DNA of 64,000 nucleotides from Mobula hypostoma (lineage: Eukaryota). This document shows positions 36,652 through 48,650 of this stretch, piece after piece; within the stretch, counting starts at the first letter, position 1; every line of letters starts with the position of its first letter. The stretch lies in assembly GCF_963921235.1 (NCBI RefSeq), contig NC_086097.1, positions 177,012,001-177,076,000 of the forward strand, given 5' to 3'. A program made the translations under genes and the position numbers. The notes beneath the pieces are model-generated. The model made no database searches and was not told the origin of the DNA. It saw only the letters and a list, made by a program, of their open reading frames with translations.

Positions 36652-37095
36652 CCACACCACATGCTGCATCCGTAAAGCAAACAGCATTATGAAGGACCCC
36701 ACACACCCCTCATACAAACTGTTCTCCCTCCTGCCATCTGGCAAAAGGCACCAAAGCATTCGGGTTCTCACAACCAGACTATGTAACAGTTTCTGTATTC
36801 CCAAGCCATCAGACTCCTCAATACCCAGAGCCTGGACTGACACCAAGCTACTGCCCTCTACTGTGCATATTGTCTTGTTATTATTTATTGTAATGCCTGC
36901 ACTGTTTTGTGCACTTTATGCAGTCCTGGGTACGTAGGTAGTCTAGTGTAGTTTTTGTGTTGTTTTACGTAGTTCAGTGTAGTTTTTGTATTGTTTCATG
37001 TCGCACCATGGTCCTGAAAAACGTCGTCTTGTTTTTACTGTGTACTGTACCAGCACCTATGGTCGAAATGACAATAAAAAATGACTTGACTTGAC
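36652..37095 (+). mobile_element. Rex1/Babar-like LINE 3' fragment
   Basis: MKDPTHPSYKLFSLLPSGKRHQSI; AATAAA and (GACTT)n tail. Confidence 0.75.
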
Positions 37096-38371
37096 AACAT
37101 GGCCACAACGTCATCAATTCCGTCATCCGTCATTGACATATAATGTAAAAAGAAGCAGTCCCAACACAAACCCCTGTGGAACACCATTAGTCACTAGCAG
37201 CCAACCAGAAAAAGCTCCTTTATTCCTATTCTTAACCTCCTGCCAACCAGTCAATGCTCTATCCATGCTTGTACCTTTCCTGTAATACAATGGGTTCTTA
37301 TCTTGTTAAGCAGCCTCATGTGTGACAACTTGCAAAAGGCATTCTAAAAATTGAAGTACACAACATCCACCAATTCTCCTTTGTCTACCTTTGTTGTAAT
37401 TTCTGTAAAGAATTCTAACTCATTTGTCAGGCAAGATTTTCCCTCAAGGAAACCATGCAGACTTCAGCCTCCACATGCCTCCAGGTACCCCAAAATCACA
37501 TCCTTAACAATCGCTTCCAACATCTTCCCAACTACTGAGATCGGATTAACTGAGGCCCATAATTTGCTTTCTTCTGTCTTTCTCCCTTCTTGGAGTGGAA
37601 TGACATTTGCAATTTTCCATTCCTCCAGAACCATGCCAGGATCTAGTAAATCTTGAAAAGTGACTATTCAGTCACCTCTTTCAGAACCCTGGTATGTAGA
37701 CCATCTGGTCCAGGTGATTTATCTACATTCAGACCTTTCAGTTTCCCAAATACCTTTTCCCTAGGAATGGCAACTTCACTCACGTCTGCCCCCTGACATT
37801 CTGGAACTCTTAGCACAATGCTAATGTCTTCCACAGTAAAGACTGATACAAATTACTTATACAACTGGTCTGCCTTTCCCCCTATTACTACCTCTCCAGC
37901 ATTATTTTCCAGTGGTCTGAAATTCACTCTCACCACTTACTTACTCTTTCTATATCTGCTGAAACTTTCAGTATCCTCGTTACTATTATTGGCTCGCTTA
38001 ATTTCATATTCCATTTTTTCCTTCTCAATGACTCTTTTAGTTGCTTTCTGTTGGTTTTTAAAAGCTTCCCAATCCTATAATTTTCCATTAATTTTTGCTC
38101 TATTATATGCCCTCTCTTTGGCTTTTATGTTGGCTTTGACTTCTCTTGTTGGCCACGGTTATGTCACCCTGCCTTTAGAATACTTTTCCTTTGGCATGTA
38201 TCTATCCTGTGCCTTCCAAATTGCTCCCAGAAACTTCACCCATTGCTTTTCTGCTATCATCCTTGCTAGTATCTCCTTCCAGTCCATTTTGGCCAGCTCC
38301 TCTCTCAAGCCTGTGGAATTCCCTTTATTCCACTATAATAACTGTAAAAACTGACTTTAGCTTTTGTTTCA

Positions 38372-38481
38372 TGAACAAGAAAAAATCTGCAGATGCTGGA
38401 AATCCAAGCAACACACACAAAATTCTGAAGGAACTCAACAGGCCAGGTCTACTGAGTTTCTCCAACATAGTGTGTGCGTTG
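38372..38481. mobile_element. Short palindromic Penelope-derived element lacking the hammerhead core
   Basis: 'aaatctgcagatgctggaaatccaagcaacacacac...tgtgtgcgttg'; TTTAGCTTTT repeated on both flanks. Confidence 0.6.
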
Positions 38482-39991
38482 TTTAGCTTTTCTTTCTCAA
38501 ATTACAGGGTGAATTCTATCATATTATGATCCCTGTGCCCTAAGGGCTCCCTTACCTTCAGTTCTCTAATTAGTTCCGGTTCATTGCACAACACCCAATC
38601 CAGAAGAGCTCACCCCCTCATGGGCACAACCACGACCTGCTCCAAAAAGTCATCTTGCAATCATTCTTCAAATTCCCCCGCTTGGCATCCAGCACCAATC
38701 TGAGTTTCCCAACGTACCTGCATATTGAAACCCCCCATGACCACTATAACATGGGCCTTCTGACATGTATTTTCTATCTCGCACTGTAATTTGTAACTCA
38801 CAGCTTTGTTACTGTTCGGAGATCTGTACTTAACTCCCAGGATCTTTTAACCCTTGCAGCTTCTTAGCTCTACCCACAACAATTCTACACCTTCCGATCC
38901 TATGTCACCTCTTTCTAAGAATTTGATTTCATTTTTTACCATTAGAGCCATGCCGCCCCCTCTACCTACCTGCCTGTCCTTTCCTTGTGTCCTTGGATGT
39001 TAATCTCCCAGCTATAATCTTCATTCAGCCACGATTCAGTGCTGCACACAACGTCATACATGCTAATCGGTAACTGCACTACAGGTTCATCTACTTCATT
39101 CCATATACGGCGTGCATTCAAATATAACACCTTCAGTCCTGTATTCAATCAGCCTTTTCAATTCTGTCCCCCTTTTACATTGCAATTTGTCCCATTACTG
39201 CAATTTTTCCTCATCAACCTGACCTTGCTGTCAGTCTCACTACATACTCCAACTGCCCCATCTTCAACCCTTTCATTCCAGTTGCCAACCCCCTCACACA
39301 CAACTCCAGCAAAGCTGCCCAAAAGGACATTGGTCCCCCTCGAGTTCAGGTGTAAACCATCTCTTTTGTACGGGTTGTACATTCCCTAAAAGGTGTCCCA
39401 ATGATCCATAAATCCGAACCCCTGCTCTCTGCACCAGCTCCTCAGCCAATCATTTATCTGCCAAATGCTCCTATTCTTACCCTCACTGGTACATGGCACA
39501 GGCAGCAATCCAGAGATTACTACCCTGCTTTTCAGCTTTCTACCTACCTCCATAAAATCTCTCTTCAGGACTTCCTCACCTATGTCCTGACATTGGTGCC
39601 AACTTGTGCCAAGATAGCTGGCTGCTCACCCTCCCCCTTTAGAATATAATGGACTCGATTCAAGACGTCTCTGATCTGGCGTCTGAGAGGCAACATACCA
39701 TTTGGGTTTCTCTATCATGTCCACAGAATCTTATCTCTGTTGCTCTAACTATGGAATCTCCTATCGCTACTGCAGTCTTCTTAACTTCTCTTCTCTCCTG
39801 AGCAAAAGCACCAGACTCAGTGCCAGAGACCTGGTCACTGCATCTCCCCCTGATAGGTCATCTCCCTCAACAGTATCCAAAGTGGTATACCTATTATTGA
39901 GGAGAACAGCCACAGGGGTACTCTGTTCTGACTGCTCACCTAGTCACCCAGTTACCTGCCTCCTGTAAGATAGGGGTGACTGCCTCCCTAT

Positions 39992-41348
39992 ATTGAATTG
40001 AATTGACTTTATTACCTTCATATACATGCAACGGCCTTTGCCCCACTGACTCCCGTTGCCCAGGGTGAATAGCCGTCAACCCCACCAGACAGTGCAAATG
40101 CTTTGGTGCAAATAAGGTGTGGGTCGCCCAATGATCAGCCACAACACAAATATGAAACAATATACAAAATGCGAGTAAAGAATTATACTTCATAGCAAAT
40201 TTTTGGTGATGGGTTAGTAGCAACAACTAAAAGAAAAAGTGCCACATAAGTAACTTACCAGTCTTGTGCACATAATATTTTAATACATTGGAGCTCACGC
40301 CTCCAATTCCATCCACAACGTCCTTCCGAGACTCCGGCCACCCTCTGAACCCCCAAGGTCCAGTATGCGCCGCCCTGGAACTGCTGTCCATTCCTCACAC
40401 GTCCATCCTCTCTGCTTACCTCCCTAAAAAGCCCGCGCTCCTCAACTCAGCACACATATACAAGATAACAGAACATGACTTCCATTGGCTAACAAATGAA
40501 TACAGTTTCCATTATCATATTGTATAACCCAAACATTGCTGTCACAGAGAACCCCTTGCTCAGCAGTTGACAGTATGAGAAGCCATTTTAATATAACACC
40601 TCAGAGAAGCCATTTTGGTAATAAGCGATTAACAGTTAATGGTCCATCTAGTATTACTGAGAGCCCTACATACATGAGGAGTAAAAATCTTTACGTTACA
40701 TCTCTGTCTAAATGTGCAATGTGCTATTTATAGTAATTTATAATAAATAGTATATACAACAATATAACATAGAAATACAGTAGCATCAGCATGAATTAAT
40801 CAGTCTGATGGCCTGGTGGAAGAAGCTGTCCCGGAGCCTGTTGGTCCTGGCTTTTAAGCTGCGGTACCATTTCCCAGATGGGAGCAGCTGGATCAGTTTG
40901 TGGTTGGGGTGACTCAGGCCCCCAACGATCTTTCGCACCTTTTTGCACACCTGTCTTTGTAAATGTCCTGAATAGTGGGAAGTTCACATCTACCGATGCT
41001 CTGGGCTATCCACACCACTCTCTGCAGAGTCCTGCGATTCAGGGAGGTACAGTTCCCCTACCAGGCAGTGATGCGGCCAGTCAGGATGCTCTCAATTGTG
41101 TCCCTGCAGAAACTTCTTAGGATTTGGGGGTCCATACCAAACTTCTTCAACTGCCTAAGGTGAAAGAGGTGCAGTTGTGCCTATTTCACCACACAGCCAG
41201 TATGTACAGACCATGTGAGATCCTCGGTGATGTTTATGCCAAGGAACTTAAAGCTGCTCACCCTCTCTACCCCAGATCCATTGATGTCAATAGGGGTTAG
41301 CCTGTCTCCATTCCTCCTGTAGTCCACAACCAGCTCCTTTGTTTTTGC
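39992..41348 (-). mobile_element. Rex1/Babar-like LINE 3' part, split by a solo LTR
   Basis: KTKELVVDYRR...FKFLGINITEDLTWS; tail ttgaattgaattga on +. Confidence 0.75.
40027..40670 (-). mobile_element. Solo LTR (644 bp)
   Basis: TG...CA termini (plus strand TGCAACGGCC...GAGCCCTACA); 4-bp TSD TACA (40023-40026, 40671-40674). Strand inferred from CCAAT and YY1-like motifs. Confidence 0.75.
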
Positions 41349-43215
41349 TTTGTAGCTCCTATCTATCATTTCCTCAGTCTCCTGTATGAGCCAAAGGTCA
41401 CTGACCTGCAGCTCCAGTTCCTTAACACGTTCCTTGAGAAGCTGCAGCTTGGTGAACCTGGTACAGATGTGACTATCCATGAGGCTGGAGGACTCTCAGA
41501 ATTCCACATCTCACACACAGACCTAAACACAGCTGCTGGAGCCATGCTTACTGCACCAAGGGATAAGGAATGAAGAATAAAGAATAATAAGAAGAAGAAG
41601 AAACTTACCAGATACTTACTTCCCCCATGCCTGATCTTGCTGAAGCCCTATAAGCCAAAGCCACTCCAACAATGGGCAATTCACACAATGGCTACTCCAC
41701 TTACCTCTGACTTATTTTTCTTCACTCTTCACCGATTGGTTGCAGTCTAAACTCCATAAACTGCCACAAAACGCTGCCTTTTTCATCTTCGATCGTGGAC
41801 TAGAATGAAGTTGCCGCTTCTTCTCATGCTCCCATTCACTGAACATGCACAGCCCAAACTCCTCAGTGGTAGGAATTAGAAGAGGGCCTGGATAGTGATG
41901 GTTGTTAATGGCAGATGCTATATTCTTAAGACATCACTTTTGAAGATGTCCTGGAGGAGGAAGATCATTGTGCTTGTGAAGGAACAGGCTAAGTCCTTAA
42001 CCCATCTGCGGCCTCATGCAATCCTACACATTGGAGCTGCCATACAAAGCTTTGATGTAACCAACAACAATGATCGCTACCATACATCTGTAGAAATTTG
42101 TAGTCTTTGGTGCCATACCAAATCTCCTCAAATGCCTAATAAAGTAGAGGCAATGGTGTGATTGCATCAATGTGTTGGGCCCAGGAGAGATCCCCTGTGA
42201 AGCCACAAGCCAGTGAGGTGATAAGGTAGTAGTCGTCCACTTTGATGGGTGCGATTACACCACTGTTCAAGAACCCCAAAATCCCAGAGGGCAGGTCGTT
42301 CTCCATCTAGCTGTAACTTACCTAGCATGACCACAATAGGGTGCCTGAGGAGCATCTTGGATCCACTCCAACTTGCTTATCATCACAACAGGTCAACAGC
42401 AGATGCCATTTCATTCGCTCATCACTCAACGCTGCAACAAATGTACAGTGAAGATGCATACATCAGGGTCTTCTAGTTCACCAAAGCTCCACATTCAACA
42501 CTGTAATCCACTCAAACCTAATCAGTAAGTTCCAAGACTTAGGGTTCAATATTTCCTTGTGCAATTTCATCACTTGCAGACCCTAGTCAGTTCTACTGAG
42601 ATGTTTTACCAGTTTCAGCAAGACATTCCTTACTCAAAGTATGCCCAATATGGCAATCAGACCCAAAGATTTCTGACTACATAGGATGGATCAAAGTGAA
42701 GATTAGGAAAAAGTGGAGGTTTATGTTTCATAATAAACTCTCTGTGTTGCTTCAGTGTGGTGGTTTTGTTGTACTCATGTTCCCCTGACCTTGAACACAA
42801 TCAAATTCCAATTGTTCTATTTACAAGAGAGTTCTCGTCCATGATCCTGACCAGAGTTTACATACCACCAGTGGTTGATTATAATCAAGCGCTTTAGATA
42901 CCTCATATTGCCATCACCAAGCAAAATCAGTCTACCCCGACACATTTCAGATCATAATCGGGGACTTCTATTCTTGTTTGAAGAAATCCCTGCCCAATTA
43001 CCATCTGCATATAACCTTTAGCACTAGGTTAAAGTGCTAAACTGGATCTTAGTTGCACTAAGATAAGAAATGCCTACCGTTCAATACCCAGACCCAGTTT
43101 CAGGAAATTTGATCACTTTGTCGTCCTTCTCCTGCCAGCATACAGGCAGAGGCTAAAGAGCGAGGCTCCAGAGATTAAGACAACAAATAGATGATTGCAG
43201 GAGGGAGAAGCACCG

Positions 43216-43546
43216 TGTGGATAGTCAGAGGTTTTTTCCCAGGGCTGAAATGGCTAACACGAGAGGGCACAGTTTTAAGGTGCTTGGACGTAGGTACAGA
43301 GGAGATGTCAGGGGTAAGTTTTTTACGCAGGAAGTGGTGAGTGCGTGGATTGAGCTACTGGCAAAGGTGGTGGAGGCAGATAAGGTAGGGTCTTTTAAGA
43401 AACTCCTAGATAAGTACATGGAGCTTAGAAAAATAGAGGGCTATGGGTAACCCTAGGCAATTTCTAAAGTAAGTACGTGTTCGGCACAGCATTGTGGGCT
43501 GAAGGGCCTGTATTGTGCTGTAGGTTTTCTATGTTTCTATGTTTCT
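43216..43546 (+). mobile_element. CR1 3' fragment
   Basis: DSQRFFPRAEMANTRGHSFKV; (CTATGTTT)n tail; same subfamily as 32776-33100 and 60772-61023. Confidence 0.85.
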
Positions 43547-43654
43547 AAGCAAAAGAAAATTTGCAGACGCTGGAAATCCGAAATATCGACAGCACTTTTT
43601 TCCATAGATGCTGCCTGGTCTGCTGAGCTCCTTCAGCATTTTGTGTGTGTTGCG
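43547..43654. mobile_element. Short Penelope-derived element with inverted tail
   Basis: 'aaatttgcagacgctggaaat' followed by sense 'ccgaaatatcgac...tgtgtgtgttgc'. Confidence 0.6.
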
Positions 43655-46164
43655 TGAGGCAGAAGAGTGGCCACAGGATCATTTCAAGTAGGTGGACTGG
43701 GCTGTGTTTAAGGACTCATCTGTGGATCTGAATGAATACAGCCGGTTGTCACAGACTTTATAAAAACAGGCCTAGACAGGTGTGTCCCCATGAGATCCAT
43801 GATCTGCAAAGGGCCTGATCAAAGGCATTCAAGTCTGGCAACCAAGGAAGTTATAAGAGATCCATGTACGATCTCCGGAAAGCCATCTCACAGTCAAAGT
43901 GGGGATTCTGGACTGAACTTGATTAGTGAAGGATGCTGGACAGCTGCGGCAGGGCTTGAGTACTATCTCCTCTTACAAAGTAAAATCAGGTGGCATAGCT
44001 GACAAAAGGGTTTCACTTCTGGATGAGCTCAATGCCTTCTATGCTCACTTTGACTGTCAAAACATTAGAGGAAACATAACAAACTCCCATAACCCTCAAT
44101 GCCCCTATGATTTCAGTCTCTGAGGCCAATGTGAGAGCATCCTTCAGGAGGGTGAACTCACAGAAAGCACCAGCCCAGATGGGGTACCTGACCGAGTGCT
44201 AAGGACCAGTGCTGATCAACTGGCTTGAATGTTCACTGAGACATTTAACATCAGGTTGAGGTACCCAAATGCTTTAAGCAGGCTTCAGTTATACCAGTGC
44301 CTAAGAAGAATGTAGTAACTTGTCTCAATGACTGTTGTCCAGTAGCACTTACATCCACAGTGATGAAGTGTTTTGAGAGATTGATGGTGAAACATATCAA
44401 CTCCTGCTTGAGAAGAGACTTGGATCCACAACCAGCACAACAGGTCCACAACAGATGCCATTTCATTGGCTCTTCACTCAAGATACATACATCATGATAC
44501 TCTTTATTGACTAAAGCTCAGCTTTCAATAGCGTCATCCCCTCAAAGCTAATCAACAAGCTTCAAGTCCTTGGCCTCAATACCTCCGTGTACAATTGGAT
44601 TCTCAATTTCCTCACTTGCAGACTGCAGTCAGTTCGGATTGGCAACAACCTCTCCTCCACAATCTCCATCAGTACAGGTGCACCACAAGGCTGTGTGCTT
44701 AGCCCCCTGCTCTACTCACTTTACACTTACGACTGTGAGGCTAAGCACAGCTCCAATGCCATATTCAAGTTTGCTGATGACACCACCAGCGTAGGCTGAA
44801 TCAAAGGAGGTGATGAATCAGCACATAGGAGGGAGATTGAAAATCTGGCTGAGTGGTGCCACAACAACAACCTCTTACTCAATGTCAGCAAGACCAAGGA
44901 GCTGATTATTGACTTCAAGAGGAGGAAATCGAGTGTCCATGAGCTGATCCTCATCAGGAGATGAGAGGTGGAGAAAAACGACAACTTTAAATTCCTCAGT
45001 GTTATCATTTCAGAGGACCTGTCCTGGGCCCAGCACGTTAGGTACAACTATGAAGAAAGCACAGCAGCACCTCTACTTACTCAGAAGTTTGTGAAGATTC
45101 GGCTTAGCATCTAAAACTTTGATGAACTTCCGTAGATGTATGTTGGAGAGTTTATTGACTGGCTGCATCACAGCTTGGTCTGGAAATACCAATGAACTTG
45201 AACGGAAAATCCTACAAAAAGTAGTGGATATGGCCCGGTTCATCACAGGTGAAGTCCTTCCCGCCACTGAGCACATCTACAAGGAGTGCTGTCACAATAA
45301 AGCAACATCCATTATCAAGGACCCCCACCATGTAGGCTATGCTCTCTTCTTGCTGCTGCTGTCGGGAAGGCCTCCAACGTATGAGGTTCTGTGACAGCTT
45401 TAATGAACCCATACTTGAAATATTGTGCACAGTTTGGTCATCTTAAGGAAAAGGATGCACTTGCTTCAGAAGGGATGAAGATTCACTAGATTGGCTCCTG
45501 GGTTAGTGGGTTTGATTTATGAGGAGATATTCAAAAGACTGGAACTTTATACTCTAGAGTTGAAAAAGGTTGAGAAGCAAACTTGTTGAAGTTGGTAAGA
45601 TTCTTATGGATTGAATAGTTGGATGCAGGTAAGATGCTTCCCCAGGCTGAGAGTCTCAAACCGGGGCTCACAGCCTCAGAATTAGGGAGCCAGCATTTTG
45701 GGACTGAGGGTAGGGAAGTGAACCTAGCAAGGAGGTTATTCTGCAACAGTATGGGATACTTGTGAGGAGTACTGCATACATTTCCTGTCTGCTTAATTGA
45801 AGATCAAAGTTCAAATTTATTATCAAAGTACGTATACTAACTGCAACCTCGAGATTCATCTTCTTGCAGGCATCCACAAAATAAAGAAACACAATAGAAT
45901 CCAAGAAAACCACACGACTGAAAAGCATCCAACGTGCAAAAGAGGAATAATCGTGCCAATAGTTTAAAAAAGGGAAAACAAATAACACATAGAATATGAG
46001 CTGTACCATCCCTGGAATTGTGTCCACAGCTGCAGACTCAGTTCAGCACTGAGGCAAGTGAATCCAGTCCAGGCTGAAGATCAACAACCAGGCAGCATGG
46101 GTCCCAAGTCTCTGCCTGATGGTAGAAGCGAGAAGAGAGGGAAGCGATCAAATGCAGGCAGACA

Positions 46165-46305
46165 TTGCTGAGTCCAGCCGAAGGGTCTGGGCCCAAAACG
46201 CCGACTGCACTTTTTTCCACAGACGCTGCCTGACCATCTGAGTTCCTCCAGCATTTTGACTGCGTTGCTTGGATTTCCAGCATCTGAAGACTTTCTCTTG
46301 TTTGA
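46165..46305 (+). mobile_element. Degenerate Penelope-derived hammerhead-family element
   Basis: agtc-cagccga-agggtctgggccc-aaaac-gcc-gact plus the shared downstream sequence. Confidence 0.65.
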
Positions 46306-46419
46306 GACATTGCTGAACACTGGTTCATTTTGTGCTCTTGGGCCTCTGCTTTAATCAGGCTTGTTGCTTTAATCAGCGTGGAACAATGGATTGAGCATGG
46401 GTTCTTTTTCTGCTCTCGG

Positions 46420-47440
46420 CATCAGATTCAGAATCAGCATCAGAATCAAGTTTAATATCACTGGCGTATTTTGTGAAATCTGTTGTTCTGTGGCAGCAGT
46501 ACATTGTAAATCATAATAATTTTTTCAAAATTATAAATTACGATAAGAAATATACATTAAAAATTAAATTAAGTAAGTACTACAAAAAGCGAGAAAAAAG
46601 CAGAAAGGTTGTGTTCATGGATTGATTGTCCATTCAGAAATCTGATGGTGGAGGGGAAGAAGCTGTTCCTGAAATGCAGAGTGTACATCTTCAGACACCT
46701 GCACCTCCTACCTGATGGGAGTAACGAGAAGAGGTCATGTCTTGTGTGATGGAGGTCCTTAATGATGGATGCCACCTTTTTGAGGCATCGCCTTTTGAAG
46801 GTATCCTTGATGCTGGGGAGGTTAGTGCCCTTGATGGATCTGGCTAAGTTTACAACTTCCAGCAGCTCTTTCCAATCCTGTGCAGTGGCTCCTCCATTTC
46901 AGGTGGTGATGCAACTAGTTAGAATGCTCTCCATGGTACACCTGCAGAAAATTGTGAGTCTTTGGTGACATACCAAGTCTCCTCAAACTCCTAATGAAAT
47001 GCCTGTCATGCCTTCTTTGCAATTGCATCAATATATTGGACCCAAGGTAGATCTTCAGAGTTGTTGACACCGAGGAACTTGAAACCGCTCACCCTTTCCA
47101 CTTCCGGTGAGGAGTGGTGTATCTTCTCCCAGATTCCTCTTCTTAAGTCCACAATCAATTCCTTGGTCTTACTGACACTCAGTGCAAAGTTGTTGTGACA
47201 CCACACAACCAGCTGTTCTATTTTTCTCCTGTACGCCTCCTCGTCACCATCTGTAATTCTGCCAACAATAGTTGTGTCATCAGTAAATTTATAGATGCCA
47301 TTTGTGCCAAGCCAAGTCATACATTTTGGGTGTAGACAGTGTAGAGCAGTGGGCTAAGCACACATCATTGAGGTGCGACAGTCCTGATTATTAGTGAGAA
47401 CATATTATTCCTGATCCAACTGACTGTGATCTTCCGGTGA
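46420..47440 (-). mobile_element. Rex1/Babar-like LINE 3' half
   Basis: IYKFTDDTTIVGRI..SKTKELIVD; IIKDLHHTRHDLFSLLPSGRR; (CAGAAT)n tail on +. Confidence 0.75.
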
Positions 47441-47669
47441 GGTCCATCTTCAGCGATGGCCGCCCCGGCAATGGTAGTACCTGCATTCTTGGAAGTCAAG
47501 TTCGCCAAATCCTTCAGGAGATCATAAAATTGCTTAGACAGCTCAAAGGTACATTTCTTAAGGAGCAATTACAGGCTGCAGATTGCAGTGATCATACTTC
47601 AGAACAAGTATATCTAGTAGTTTAGTGAGCTGCCTACAAAAACATCACTGTACGTTGCCAATGTCATCT

Positions 47670-48190
47670 TCTGAGGAAAGATACTGACTTTGGAGGCAGT
47701 GCAGAGGAGATTCACCAGGTTGATTTCAGAGATGAGATTAGCCTATGAGGAGAGATTGAGTTACCTGAAACCATAGTAACAGGAATTCATAAGAATGAGA
47801 GAGGATTTTATAAAAATATATAAAATGAAAAATATATATATGAAAAGGATAGTCAAGATAGAGGCAGAAAGTTGTTTCTGCTGCTAGTGAGACTGGAACT
47901 AAGGACATAGTCTCAAGATTCTGGGGAGTGGATTTCAGACGAAGATGAAGAGGAACTGCTTTTCTGAGAGTAGAGAACCTATGTAATTGTCTGCCCAATA
48001 AAGCAGTACAGGGTATGTCATTAAATGTATTTAAGACACAGTTAGATAGATGTTAGCACAATGGGTTATAAGAAAAAGGCAGTAGTTGGAACTTAGTCTA
48101 TGCCCAGATCAGCCATGACCTTATTGAATGGTGGAGCAGGCTCGATTGGTCAGATAGCCTATTCCTGTCCTTATTTCTTATGTCCTTAAG
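47670..48190 (+). mobile_element. Old CR1 3' fragment
   Basis: Remnant 'ttggaggcagtgcagaggagattcaccagg' and 3' UTR 'gaatggtggagcaggctcga'. Confidence 0.65.
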
Positions 48191-48269
48191 TAAGAGGCAC
48201 AAAGGTAGAAGATCTGCTTTGATCTTGGTGACCAGCTCAACAAGCTCGATGAGCCAAGTGGCTTTTGGA

Positions 48270-48650
48270 GACATGAACATTGAATTTTCCAACTTCAAAT
48301 AATTGATTCTTCTCATGTTTCATTCCCATTCCTACTGATCCACCCAGGTTCTCTTCCCCTTTGTTCACCTTTTCCATCACCACCATCCCTCTCTCCTACC
48401 TGCACCCCCAAACTCCACTTTACTTATTACCTATATTCCATACTGTCCTCTTTCTGGTTCTATCTATCTATATTTCTTCCCGTACTCGGTTCCACTTCCC
48501 TTCCTCTCTCCATCAGCCCCTTTCTTAGACATCCCTCCCACATCATTTTCCTGGCCCTCTCCCCTCTGCACTCTCAGTTCTGATATAGGGTGCTGACCCA
48601 AAAGGTCAACCACAGCTGCTGCTGACCCCTGCCACTGAGATCCTCTGACA
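48270..48650 (+). mobile_element. Probable 3' end of a Penelope-like element: ORF terminus, pyrimidine-rich UTR, decayed hammerhead
   Basis: MNIEFSNFK* at 48273-48302, ~270 nt C/T-rich tract, then 'cagtt-ctgatata-gggtgctgaccc-aaaag-gtc-aac'. Confidence 0.5.

Larger units (their letters stand above)
35738..41600 (-). mobile_element. Old near-full-length CR1 (ORF1 remnant + ORF2) with nested insertions
   Basis: ORF1-like SHICTRFTKLQLLKERVKELE (~41480) and YKRDGLHLNSRGTNVL; ORF2 LKVLYLNARRIWN; 3' MRRNFFSQRVVNLWN. Confidence 0.75.
42860..45365 (+). mobile_element. Long decayed Rex1/Babar-like LINE (endonuclease and RT remnants)
   Basis: [65 protein letters not shown] in collinear order. Confidence 0.8.

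Noticed and set aside
47481..47633. Minus-strand exon candidate (tttttgtAG ... CAG/GTACTA)
   Set aside because: Stops in all three frames and a weak donor; could only be non-coding, and there is no support.
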